64,000 bases of DNA from Rikenellaceae bacterium (GTDB taxonomy: Bacteria > Bacteroidota > Bacteroidia > Bacteroidales > Rikenellaceae). Positions 27,154 through 36,219 of this stretch are shown here, one piece after another. The stretch's first letter is position 1; each line of letters starts with the position of its first letter. Made by a program: the position numbers and the translations under genes. The notes under the pieces were generated by a model that saw only the letters and a list, made by a program, of their open reading frames with translations, had not been told where the DNA came from and did no database searches. The DNA is taken from NCBI GenBank assembly GCA_030529085.1, contig JAUMXM010000002.1, forward strand, positions 13,164 to 77,163, in the 5' to 3' direction.

Positions 27154-27935
27154 TGGCGCTCAAAATCGTACTTATCGGCAGTGGCAACGTGGCTGAGAGC
27201 ATGGCTCAAGCCATCGTTGCATGCCCCAAACTCAAACTTCTGCAGCTCTACGCCCGCAATGCCGAGCGCGCCGAAGCCATAGCGCGCATAGCGGGATGCA
27301 CCTACACCTCGGACGAGAAGTGGTTCAACCGCTCGGCCGACCTCTACCTGATTGCGGTCAGCGACCGTGCCGTCGAGGAGGTGGCCACCACGCTCCCCGT
27401 CCCACCGAAGGCCATCGTGGCCCACACGGCCGGCAGTGTATCGCTCGAGGCGCTCAAGAAATACCCCCGACGGGGTATCTTCTACCCCTTCCAGGGCTTC
27501 TCGGTGGGGCGCAAAATCGACTTTCGGCAGGTGCCCCTCTTCCTCGAGGCGGCCGACGAGGAGGTGATGGCCACACTGAAGGAGGCGGCGTCGGCTCTCA
27601 GCGAGCAGGTCTTCGAGGCCGACTCGGAGCGCCGCAAGCGCATCCACCTGGCAGGGGTCATCTGCAACAACTTTGTCAATGAGCTCTACGCCTCGGCTGC
27701 CGACCTGATGGCCGCAGAGGGGCTCCCCTACGCGGTGCTCAAGCCCCTTATCGAGGAGACCGCCGCCAAGGCCGTAGCAACCACCCACCCGGCACTCGTA
27801 CAGACCGGCCCCGCCAAGCGAGGCGATACGCAGACCCAGGAGGGACACCTCGCCCTGCTCGAAGAGGACGAAACACTACACCGCATCTACGAACTTATGA
27901 GTCAAAAAATATGGGAAACTTCAAAGAAGATATAG
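27153..27935 (+). CDS. Rossmann-like / DUF2520 oxidoreductase-family protein
   Basis: IGSGNVA, IAVSD, AHTAGS, FYPFQ and QTGPAKRGD motifs. Confidence 0.88.
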   Translation: MALKIVLIGSGNVAESMAQAIVACPKLKLLQLYARNAERAEAIARIAGCTYTSDEKWFNRSADLYLIAVSDRAVEEVATTLPVPPKAIVAHTAGSVSLEALKKYPRRGIFYPFQGFSVGRKIDFRQVPLFLEAADEEVMATLKEAASALSEQVFEADSERRKRIHLAGVICNNFVNELYASAADLMAAEGLPYAVLKPLIEETAAKAVATTHPALVQTGPAKRGDTQTQEGHLALLEEDETLHRIYELMSQKIWETSKKI

Positions 27936-28456
27936 CACGCATCGAGGCGATGATTTTCGACGTCGATGGCGTGATGACCGACGGTCGCATCATCCCCAAC
28001 GGTGAGGGCGACTTCCTGCGCTGCTACAACTGCAAGGATGGCTATGCGCTGGCCTACGCCATTCGTCACGGCTACCGTGTATGTGTCATTACGGGCGGCT
28101 ACGGCAAGATTCTGGAGCGTCGTCTGCAGATGCTCGGCATGAAAGATTACTACATCGACTGCATGGACAAAATTTCGACCCTGCGCGCCTACATCGAAAA
28201 GTACAACCTCAACCCCGAGAATGTCCTCTACATGGGCGACGACATCCCCGACCTGGAGTGTATGCAGGCGATCGGTATGCCCGTCTGCCCCGCCGACTCG
28301 GCTCCCGAGGTGATCGAGTGTTCGCGCTACGTCTCGGAGTTCGAGGGGGGTCGCGGTGCTGTGCGCGACATCGTCGAGCAGGTGCTGCGCGCTCGTGGCG
28401 ATTGGGCCAAGAGCTCGGAGGGTGTCACCCCCTCGTCGCTCGTAGCCTCGCGCTAA
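27911..28456 (+). CDS. kdsC: KDO-8-phosphate phosphatase family HAD hydrolase
   Basis: FDVDGVMTDG, KDG, ITGG, GDDIPD and GGRGAVR motifs. Confidence 0.88.
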   Translation: MGNFKEDIARIEAMIFDVDGVMTDGRIIPNGEGDFLRCYNCKDGYALAYAIRHGYRVCVITGGYGKILERRLQMLGMKDYYIDCMDKISTLRAYIEKYNLNPENVLYMGDDIPDLECMQAIGMPVCPADSAPEVIECSRYVSEFEGGRGAVRDIVEQVLRARGDWAKSSEGVTPSSLVASR

Positions 28457-28470
28457 AAAGAGCACAAACA

Positions 28471-28505
28471 AAAAAAGCCCCCACACGAAATGTGCGGGGG
28501 CTTTT
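28471..28505. terminator. Bidirectional intrinsic terminator
   Basis: aaaaaagccccc-acac/tgtg-c-gggggctttt hairpin between kdsC and the convergent fucP-type gene. Confidence 0.85.
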
Positions 28506-28526
28506 CTATTGCTGTCAGTCGAAGAT

Positions 28527-29831
28527 TTACTCCTTGGCCGTCGAGTAGCCGTAGTACATAACCACCAGGAAGCAGGCAAGGGGCAGGAGGAACGAGAGGT
28601 TCACTGCAGGCCAGCCCAGCAGCGTACCCTGGTCGATGATCATCGCCTGGAGGGGAGGCAGCACCGAGCCACCCAGGATGGCCATAATCAGACCGGCAGC
28701 ACCGAACTTGGCATCCTCGCCCATACCCTCGAGGGCAATACCGTAGATGGTGGGGAACATCAGCGACATGCAGGCCGAGACGGCCACCAGGCAGTAGAGA
28801 CCCACGCGGCCGTCGATGGCAATCACACCCACCGTAGCAGCCGTGGCGGCTATGGCCAGGAAGAAGAGCAGGCGACCCGGGTTGATATACTTCAAGAGGT
28901 AGGTGCAGACAAAGCGGCTCGAGCAGAAGATCACCATGGCGATGATGTTATACTGCTGCGAGAGCACCTCGGCAGCCTTCTCGGCCATACCCTCGGCCAT
29001 GAAGACACGCGTACCATACTGGATGATGAAGGTCCAGCACATAATCTGGGCACCCACATAGGCAAACTGGGCAATCACACCGTTGCGGTAGCGCTTCTGG
29101 GAGAAGATGCGCTTGAGGGTCGAGAGCAGACCATCCTGCTTCGAAGACTCCTGCACCTTGGGCATACGGGCCAACCAGATGACGAGGAACATCACCGCGA
29201 TCACCGTACCGATGATGAGGTAGGGACCGATCAAGACACTCAAATCGGACTGCTTCATCGCCTCGAACTCCACCTCTGAGAGCTGGGCACGACCCGCCGT
29301 ATCGAGCGGATTGAGCTTCGCCTGGATGAAGTTCATCGCCACATACATACCCACCAGCGAACCCATCGGGTTGAAGGCCTGGGCGAGGTTCAAACGGCGC
29401 GTAGCCGTCGCCTCGGAGCCCATCGAGAGGATGTAGGGGTTGGCACTCGTCTCGAGGAACGAGAGGCCGCAAGTGAGGATAAAGTAGGCGACCAGGAAGG
29501 GGTAGTAGCTACCGGTCATCTTCGCAGGGAAGAAGAGGAAAGCACCAATGGCATAGAGACCCAGACCCATCAGGATACCCGCCTTGTAGGAGTAGCGACG
29601 GATGAACATTGCAGCGGGGAAGGCCATGGCAAAGTAGCCGCCGTAGAAGGCCACCTGCACCAATGCACCATCCGTAACGCTCATGCGGAAGATCTTCGAG
29701 AAGGCCTTAACCATCGGGTTCGTGATGTCGTTGGCAAAGCCCCACAAGGCGAAGCACGAGGTGATCAGGATGAAGGGAATGAGGTAGTTCACTCCATTGT
29801 GCTTGAGGATTGATTCTTTGATTTTGTTCAT
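28527..29831 (-). CDS. fucP: MFS fucose:H+ symporter (FHS) family permease
   Basis: FALWGFAN, YKAGILMGL, LETSANPY, RRLNLAQAFN, VGAQ, MSLMFPTIY and MAILGG motifs. The substrate is not established. Confidence 0.88.
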   Translation of the reverse strand: MNKIKESILKHNGVNYLIPFILITSCFALWGFANDITNPMVKAFSKIFRMSVTDGALVQVAFYGGYFAMAFPAAMFIRRYSYKAGILMGLGLYAIGAFLFFPAKMTGSYYPFLVAYFILTCGLSFLETSANPYILSMGSEATATRRLNLAQAFNPMGSLVGMYVAMNFIQAKLNPLDTAGRAQLSEVEFEAMKQSDLSVLIGPYLIIGTVIAVMFLVIWLARMPKVQESSKQDGLLSTLKRIFSQKRYRNGVIAQFAYVGAQIMCWTFIIQYGTRVFMAEGMAEKAAEVLSQQYNIIAMVIFCSSRFVCTYLLKYINPGRLLFFLAIAATAATVGVIAIDGRVGLYCLVAVSACMSLMFPTIYGIALEGMGEDAKFGAAGLIMAILGGSVLPPLQAMIIDQGTLLGWPAVNLSFLLPLACFLVVMYYGYSTAKE

Positions 29832-29848
29832 AGGTTATGGTTTGATTT

Positions 29849-30337
29849 TTATTCGTTTTCGCTAATCAAATCGGCCACCACAGCATCGGTATAGGCAATC
29901 AGATCACGCGGCGCGAGCTTGAGCTGCAAGCCCCGCACTCCGGCACTGATGTAGATCGCCTCGAAACCTTCGCACGAAAGGTGGATGAAGGTCGGGAAGC
30001 GTTTCTTCATCCCGATCGGCGAGCAGCCGCCACGGATGTATCCCGTTGTGGGCAGCAGCTCCTTCATCGGTATCATCTGGGCACTCTTGTTGCCCGAGAG
30101 CTTCGCCGCCTTCTTCAGATCGACCTCGCAATCGCCCGGAACGACACAGACAAAGTGTCCCGTGCGGTCGCCCCGCAGGATGAGGGTCTTGAAGACCTGC
30201 GCGATATCCTCGCCCAGCTCCTCGGCCACGTGGGTTGCCGCCAGGTCGCTCTCATCGACCGTGTAGGGGATCAGCTCGTAGCCGATCTTGGCACGGTCCA
30301 GAAGGCGCGCTGCGTTGGTCTTTTCGATCTTGGCCAT
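29849..30337 (-). CDS. ybaK: Cys-tRNA(Pro) deacylase YbaK
   Basis: KTNAARLLD, VFKTL, TGYIRGGCSPIG and ISAGVRG motifs. Confidence 0.93.
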   Translation of the reverse strand: MAKIEKTNAARLLDRAKIGYELIPYTVDESDLAATHVAEELGEDIAQVFKTLILRGDRTGHFVCVVPGDCEVDLKKAAKLSGNKSAQMIPMKELLPTTGYIRGGCSPIGMKKRFPTFIHLSCEGFEAIYISAGVRGLQLKLAPRDLIAYTDAVVADLISENE

Positions 30338-30340
30338 CCG

Positions 30341-31474
30341 TTATTGGCAGATTTCGTGGATCGTGCGGTAGAGCTCGGCCTGCTCCTCAGGCGTCTCGGC
30401 GTAGGTTACGACGATGAGCTTCATGCCGGGCTTCCAGAGCGAGCGCACCTTCTCGGTAACGAGCTCCTTGCCGCCCACAATGCGGGCATTCAGCACAGCT
30501 CCCGACCCGACAAAGGCCTCGGCGAAGCCCTCCGTGGGGTTGGCTCCGGGGTCGGTGGCGAGCGAGAAGGCACCGTCGGCCATGCGAATACCCGGAATCT
30601 TGGCAATCTCCTCCTTCTTGTCCGACCAATTGCCGCACGAGTGGAAGACCGTGCCGCCAAAGCGATCGCCGGCGCGCTGCATCGCAGGCACCGCTACGGG
30701 GAAGTAGAGGTCGGGCGAGAGCATCGTGGCCGAGTCATCGCTCATACCGAGACCCTCGAACATGCGGCTCGAGGCAAAGCCGTGACCCGGCTTGACCAGC
30801 GCATCGCCAATCAGGCGGCGCTGCGCCTCCGTGAAGTCGATCAGCAGATCCGAGGTGCGCGTCATCGCCTCCTCCATCGCCTCGGGATCGAGGTAGAAGT
30901 CGGAGTAGAACTCGTTCGAGTCGATGATATTGCTCAGGGTATTGAGCGGCGACTGCACATCGCAGTATGACATCGGAATCTCCCCCTTGGTCTTGTCGAG
31001 GAAGTACTCGACCATCTGCAACGTATGGCGACCAATCTCGGTCTCCGCTACGGGGCGGTAGGGGGCCTCCACAAGGGCGCGGGTCGAGGGGAACTTACCA
31101 TCGACAGCGGGGGCCTGTCCCGGCTCCCAAAGGTAGCCGAAACCATAGGCGGCAGCTACCGTACCGAGGCCGTACCACGGCTCGAGAAAGTTGGGCACAT
31201 CGGCCTCGAAGGCCATCGACTTCTCGAGTGCTCCGAGCTGCCAGGCGAGCGAACGCTCCCAATCGCGGCAATCCTCGGCGAAGACCTCCTTGACGCGCAT
31301 ACGACGATAGACCAAGACCCCCTGGTCGGACTCCCAAAAGGCCTTGCAGCGGGCATCGAGCCGTGCGGCATACTCCGCATAGCGTGCTCGATCGAATTTC
31401 TCGGGTGCAATCGGCTCGACCGCAGTCGCCTGCGAATCAGCCAGATTGACGTTAAAAGTATCCTTCTCCTTCAT
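30341..31474 (-). CDS. Uroporphyrinogen decarboxylase / MtaA-MT2 fold protein
   Basis: DVQSPLN, GMSDD...LSPDLY and FHSCGN (HxC) motifs typical of URO-D-like TIM barrels. Confidence 0.75.
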   Translation of the reverse strand: MKEKDTFNVNLADSQATAVEPIAPEKFDRARYAEYAARLDARCKAFWESDQGVLVYRRMRVKEVFAEDCRDWERSLAWQLGALEKSMAFEADVPNFLEPWYGLGTVAAAYGFGYLWEPGQAPAVDGKFPSTRALVEAPYRPVAETEIGRHTLQMVEYFLDKTKGEIPMSYCDVQSPLNTLSNIIDSNEFYSDFYLDPEAMEEAMTRTSDLLIDFTEAQRRLIGDALVKPGHGFASSRMFEGLGMSDDSATMLSPDLYFPVAVPAMQRAGDRFGGTVFHSCGNWSDKKEEIAKIPGIRMADGAFSLATDPGANPTEGFAEAFVGSGAVLNARIVGGKELVTEKVRSLWKPGMKLIVVTYAETPEEQAELYRTIHEICQ

Positions 31475-31501
31475 AGTTCAATGGGCTTCACGCCTCACCT
31501 A

Positions 31502-31532
31502 TTTTGAATGTTGAATTTTGTATTTTGAATTG
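31502..31532. repeat. 7-bp-period micro-array (TTTTGAA-like x4)
   Basis: ttttgaa-tgttgaa-ttttgta-ttttgaa-ttg between the two URO-D-like genes. Confidence 0.75.
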
Positions 31533-31533
31533 C

Positions 31534-32583
31534 CTATCGCAGCGAAGCAGCGATGGCATAAATCTCCTTCACGCGCTCGTCGGGGACATTTTGGTCCATA
31601 TTGACGCAGCAGATACCCGTGTTGAGCAGGTTGCCCGAAGCCGCAACACGCGAAGAGATGATCTCGCGCAGCTCCTCCGAGGAGTAGCCGGCAATCTCGA
31701 CCGGATTCAGGCGTAGCGAGAAGAAGGTCTCGGGCAGCATCTCGCGCAGGGCCTTCACATCACCGCCCCACCCCAGGTCGAGGAAGGCGAGATCCTTGAT
31801 TTGGGCAAATTGGGCCGCATGGCGGTGGGGATCCTTGCCGCAGTAGTGGATGCCGTAGGGTTGGTATTTCTGACTCCACTCCTGATCAATGGCCAGCAAC
31901 TGATCCTCGTAGTCGAACTCCGAAATCATCGTGTGGGAGCACTCCGAGTGGATGTAGAGCGGCTCGTCGAAGTGGCGCGCAATGCGGTTCACCGAGATCG
32001 ACGAAGAGCCCGTCTCGGCCTGGATGTAGCTGAAGAAGCGCTCCACCACGCGGCCAATCTGCTGGAAGTAGGCGCGCGTAGCCTCGGGATCCATCATCAT
32101 ATCCATCAGGATCCCCTCGCCCTTCACATCGAGGGCCAGGTTCAACACTCCGCCCCAATTAATATCACCCGTGACGTAGCCGTACTTGCCTTTGAGCTGC
32201 TCGATGAGCTTTTGCAGACGCTTGAAGGCCTCCGAACGGAAGGGGGCCTCCTCGTCGATTACAAGCTCCTCGCGGTGGGCACACAACACCTGAGGTGCGG
32301 TGTCGGCACCATACTCGACCTTGCAACCCAACATCTCCGAAAGGAGGTAGCCTGCAGCCAGGTGAACAGCACCAATTTCGGGGCGCTCCTCGTTGCGGTG
32401 GGCACCCAGGCCGCAATCGCCAAAGCGGTCGTAGAGGACCTGCTCCATCTTCTGCTCATCGCTCACACGGCGACGGGGATCGTAGAAGAAATCTTGGTCG
32501 AAAACAATTCCTGTATGGTAGTTCCACCACGAGGGATGAAAGACAACATCGACGGGCAGCGGCGTAGAGCAGAGTTTTTTCAT
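31534..32583 (-). CDS. Uroporphyrinogen decarboxylase / MtaA-MT2 fold protein
   Basis: GGVLNLALDVKG, ECSHTMIS, IHYCG (HxC), LDLGWG and C-terminal CC. ATG at 32583 follows an A-rich leader. Confidence 0.7.
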   Translation of the reverse strand: MKKLCSTPLPVDVVFHPSWWNYHTGIVFDQDFFYDPRRRVSDEQKMEQVLYDRFGDCGLGAHRNEERPEIGAVHLAAGYLLSEMLGCKVEYGADTAPQVLCAHREELVIDEEAPFRSEAFKRLQKLIEQLKGKYGYVTGDINWGGVLNLALDVKGEGILMDMMMDPEATRAYFQQIGRVVERFFSYIQAETGSSSISVNRIARHFDEPLYIHSECSHTMISEFDYEDQLLAIDQEWSQKYQPYGIHYCGKDPHRHAAQFAQIKDLAFLDLGWGGDVKALREMLPETFFSLRLNPVEIAGYSSEELREIISSRVAASGNLLNTGICCVNMDQNVPDERVKEIYAIAASLR

Positions 32584-32690
32584 AGTTGGTTTTTGGGTTA
32601 ATGGTTTAGGTGTGGAGGCGACCCTACCACAAATTGGTGCTAATTTACAAAATTTTCGGAAAAGTCCCACGCCTTTTCGGTTTCTTTAAT

Positions 32691-32698
32691 TACTTTTG
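32691..32698 (+). promoter_or_regulatory. -7 element (TACTTTTG) directly upstream of lnt
   Basis: TAnnTTTG ending 5 nt before the ATG. Confidence 0.6.
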
Positions 32699-32703
32699 TA
32701 GGT

Positions 32704-34290
32704 ATGAAACGCAAATTGGCCCTTATTCTGCTCTCGGTCGCCCTACTTTCGGTGGGGTGGCTTGGTTTGACGGGCCTTGTGTTGCCCGTAGCGCTGGTGC
32801 CGCTGCTCCTCCTGAGCGACGAGGCGGAGAACTCGCGCAAGGGGTGGTGGCAAACCTTTTTCCAGGCGATGCTCTGCTTCGTATTGTGGAACGCGGCTAC
32901 CATCTGGTGGATCTGGAACGCCACCCCCATAGGGCCGATTGCGGCAACCCTCTTTTCGACCTTCTACAACCTCCTGGCCTTTATGCTCTACCACACCGTG
33001 AGCAAGAAGGCAACCAAGCCCCTGGCCTACACCACCCTCGTGGCGGCGTGGATCGCCACCGAGTTTTGGTACACAACGAGCGAAATCTCGTGGCCCTGGC
33101 TCACGCTCGGCAACGGCTTCTCGCACGATGTGTGGGCGGTGCAATGGTACGAATATACGGGTGTCTTTGGAGGCTCGTTGTGGGTCTTGGTGGCCAACCT
33201 CTTTGTTTTTGAGGCTGTTAAGTGTCGCACGAAGGGCAAAATTGCAGCCGCAGCCGCCTCGATTCTGCTTCCCGTCGCCCTCTCGCTGACCCTCTGGTGG
33301 GGCTACGAGGAGCCCTCGGCCGAGCGGGTGAAGGTGAGCTCGATCCAGCCCAACATCGACTGCTACGAAAAGTTCGCCAACACGGACGAATACCAGGAGC
33401 AAAACATCTTCGCACTGCTCGAAGAGGTCCCCGCGGATGTCGATTTCATCCTGCTGCCCGAGACGGCTGTGCCGGGTTACTTCTGGGAGCCGAACCTCGC
33501 CGAACGCCTCAACGACGAGGAGGATGCCATTTGGCAACGCCTGCGCGACACGCTCCGCAATAACAACCCCGAGGCGATGCTCGTCACGGGTGCCAACACC
33601 CGCCTGCACTACGCGCCCGGCAAGCAGAGCCGCACGGCACGCCCCGTAGCGCGCGACCGTCGCTACGGCTACTACGACCACTTCAACACCGCCGTCGGTC
33701 TCGATACGACCGCCCGAACGCTGCTCCACCACAAAGGCAAGCTCGTAATCGGCGTGGAGAACACCCCGGGATGGATCTTCGATCTGATGGACTTCCTGGT
33801 GATCGACCTCGGTGGCATCGTGGGGCAGATCGGCATCGGCACACATGGCTCGGCCTTTGCCCACAACAACACCAAAATCGGCCCCGCAATCTGCTACGAG
33901 GGGGTCTATGGCGACTTCTTCGGCGACCACGTACGTCGCGGTGCCGAGCTGATGGCCATCCTCTCGAACGACGGCTGGTGGGGCAACACCCCCGGCTTCG
34001 AGCACCTCTTCACCCTCTCGCGCCTGCGCGCCATCGAGCACCGCAGAGCCGTAGTCCGCTCGGCCAACACGGGCCGCTCGGGCTTCATCTCGCCCCGCGG
34101 CACGGTGACGCAGACCCTGGGCTGGGAGGAGCGCGGCGTAATCACCGAGGAGGTTGTTCTGAACCGCGAAGAGACCCTCTACACGCGCCACGGCGACCTC
34201 ACGGCTCGCATAGCCGAGTACCTGCTGCTGCTCTGCGTGCTCTACTACATCGCCTACCGCATCAAGCGGCGCAACCACTTGATTGAATAA
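32704..34290 (+). CDS. lnt: Apolipoprotein N-acyltransferase
   Basis: TM N-domain with WPW...G, QPNI, and the nitrilase triad LPET / KGKLVIGVE / ICYE; also NDGWW, RAIE and SANTGRS. Confidence 0.94.
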   Translation: MKRKLALILLSVALLSVGWLGLTGLVLPVALVPLLLLSDEAENSRKGWWQTFFQAMLCFVLWNAATIWWIWNATPIGPIAATLFSTFYNLLAFMLYHTVSKKATKPLAYTTLVAAWIATEFWYTTSEISWPWLTLGNGFSHDVWAVQWYEYTGVFGGSLWVLVANLFVFEAVKCRTKGKIAAAAASILLPVALSLTLWWGYEEPSAERVKVSSIQPNIDCYEKFANTDEYQEQNIFALLEEVPADVDFILLPETAVPGYFWEPNLAERLNDEEDAIWQRLRDTLRNNNPEAMLVTGANTRLHYAPGKQSRTARPVARDRRYGYYDHFNTAVGLDTTARTLLHHKGKLVIGVENTPGWIFDLMDFLVIDLGGIVGQIGIGTHGSAFAHNNTKIGPAICYEGVYGDFFGDHVRRGAELMAILSNDGWWGNTPGFEHLFTLSRLRAIEHRRAVVRSANTGRSGFISPRGTVTQTLGWEERGVITEEVVLNREETLYTRHGDLTARIAEYLLLLCVLYYIAYRIKRRNHLIE

Positions 34291-34311
34291 TTTCCCGTAC
34301 CATCATAGATT

Positions 34312-35601
34312 ATGAACTACACCCAAACCCTCGAATTCCTCTTCAACCAACTCCCCGTCTTTGAGAAGACGGGAGCCTCGGCCTACAAGCCCGGTCTGGA
34401 GCGTATCAGCGAGTTTTGTCGCGTTCTGGGCAACCCCCAGCGCAACTTTTTTACGATTCATGTGGCCGGAACGAACGGCAAAGGCTCCGTATCGCACATG
34501 CTGGCCTCGATTCTCGAGCAGGCCGGCTACCGCACGGGCCTCTTCACGTCGCCTCACCTGAAGGATTTCCGCGAGCGCATCCGCGTCGATGGCGAGATGA
34601 TCCCCAAGCAGAAGGTGGTCAACTTCGTCGATAAGCACCGCGAGAAGATGGTAGATCTGAAGCTCTCCTTCTTCGAGATGACCGCCGCATTGGCCTTCGA
34701 CTACTTCGCCCAAAGCGATGTCGAGGTGGCCGTCATTGAGACGGGACTGGGTGGACGACTCGATGCCACAAATGTCATCGTTCCGATTGTGAGCATCATC
34801 ACCAACATCGGCCTGGAGCACACCGCCCTGCTGGGTGATACGCACGCCAAGATTGCGGCCGAGAAGGGTGGCATCATCAAGAAGAGCATCCCGGTCATCA
34901 TCGGCGAGGGTGACGAGCGCTACAACAGCGTCATCGAGGCAATCGCCGCCGAGAATCGCTCGCGCGTGATCTACGCCGAGCAGGAGTTCATCTGCGAGGA
35001 GGCCAACGATAACAGCTGCGAGCAGTGCATCTCGCTGCGTCGCGTGCGCGATCAATATCTCTACGATGTGCGCCTCGACCTGATGGGACACTACCAGCGT
35101 AAGAACCTCGTGACAGTAGCCACCGTGGCCGACTTCCTCCACGAATCGACTCCGCTTACAATCTCGCGTCGCGCCTTTATCGAGGGTCTGCAGAGCGCCT
35201 CGAAGCAGACCTCGCTCCTGGGTCGCTGGCAGGTGATCGGCGAAAATCCCCTGACAATCTGCGACACGGGGCACAACGCCCACGGCATTCGCTACGTCGC
35301 GGAGCAGCTGGGCGCCGTGGCCTACGAGAAGTGCTACTGCGTGATGGGCTTCGTGCGCGACAAGGCACTCCCGGAGATTCTCCCCCTGCTGCCCACCACG
35401 GCACACTACATCTTCACGGCAGCCGATACGAACCGCGCCGTGCCCGCCGCCGAGCTCTGTGAGCTGGCTGCCGGCTATGGATTAAAGGGCGAGGTAGTCG
35501 AGAAGGTCGAGGAGGCCGTAGCTCGCGCCCGCGAATTGGCCACCGAGAAGGATCTGATCTTCATCGGAGGCAGTACCTATGTCGTTGGTGAAGCGATGTA
35601 G
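34312..35601 (+). CDS. folC: Folylpolyglutamate synthase / dihydrofolate synthase
   Basis: HVAGTNGKGS, FTSPHL, ETGLGGRLDATN, GRWQ and DTGHN motifs. Confidence 0.96.
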   Translation: MNYTQTLEFLFNQLPVFEKTGASAYKPGLERISEFCRVLGNPQRNFFTIHVAGTNGKGSVSHMLASILEQAGYRTGLFTSPHLKDFRERIRVDGEMIPKQKVVNFVDKHREKMVDLKLSFFEMTAALAFDYFAQSDVEVAVIETGLGGRLDATNVIVPIVSIITNIGLEHTALLGDTHAKIAAEKGGIIKKSIPVIIGEGDERYNSVIEAIAAENRSRVIYAEQEFICEEANDNSCEQCISLRRVRDQYLYDVRLDLMGHYQRKNLVTVATVADFLHESTPLTISRRAFIEGLQSASKQTSLLGRWQVIGENPLTICDTGHNAHGIRYVAEQLGAVAYEKCYCVMGFVRDKALPEILPLLPTTAHYIFTAADTNRAVPAAELCELAAGYGLKGEVVEKVEEAVARARELATEKDLIFIGGSTYVVGEAM

Positions 35602-35625
35602 GTAACACGCAAACGCTTTTACCAT

Positions 35626-35660
35626 AAAGAGGGGGTGCAACCAATGTTGCACCCCCTCTT
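35626..35660. terminator. Hairpin/terminator between convergent folC and Lrp/AsnC genes
   Basis: Perfect 15-bp stem aagagggggtgcaac/gttgcaccccctctt. Confidence 0.78.
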
Positions 35661-35681
35661 GTATAACATGGCCCGATGGGC

Positions 35682-36182
35682 TTAGCGGCGTTTGGTCGGC
35701 AGGTCGTCAATAAACTCGATGGCCAGCGGACGGCGGAAAACCTCCTGCAGCGAGAGGATGGTCTCGGTAGCCGAGATACCCGAAATGCAGAGAATCTTGT
35801 TGTAGACGGTCTGCATCAGGTGCTCGTTGTCGAGGCAATAGAGCTTGACCTGGATACTGCCCTTACCCGTAATAAAGTGGGCCTCCACAATCTCGGGAAT
35901 CTTGTGCAGTTCGGAGATCACCTGCTGCAAGAGCTGGGGATCCTTGAGCGAAATATTGATGTGGGCGCAAACATCGAAACCCAACATCTTGGGATCGACC
36001 TCCATGTAGCTGCCCTGGATGACACCCATGTCGGTCAATTTGTGGATACGCTGGTGAATCGCCGCACCCGAGATACCACACTCACGGGCAATCTCCAGGA
36101 AGGGCATACGGGCATTCTTAACCAGATACTTCAGAATCTTGCGATCGATAGCATCCAAATTGATCGTTTTCGTTGGCTTCAT
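35682..36182 (-). CDS. Lrp/AsnC family transcriptional regulator
   Basis: LDAIDRKILKYLVKNARMPFLEIAREC...IHQRI HTH and RAM domain EAHFITG. ATG at 36182. Confidence 0.92.
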   Translation of the reverse strand: MKPTKTINLDAIDRKILKYLVKNARMPFLEIARECGISGAAIHQRIHKLTDMGVIQGSYMEVDPKMLGFDVCAHINISLKDPQLLQQVISELHKIPEIVEAHFITGKGSIQVKLYCLDNEHLMQTVYNKILCISGISATETILSLQEVFRRPLAIEFIDDLPTKRR

Positions 36183-36219
36183 AATTGATAGGGGATATTT
36201 TTGATCTTTATATTTCCGA

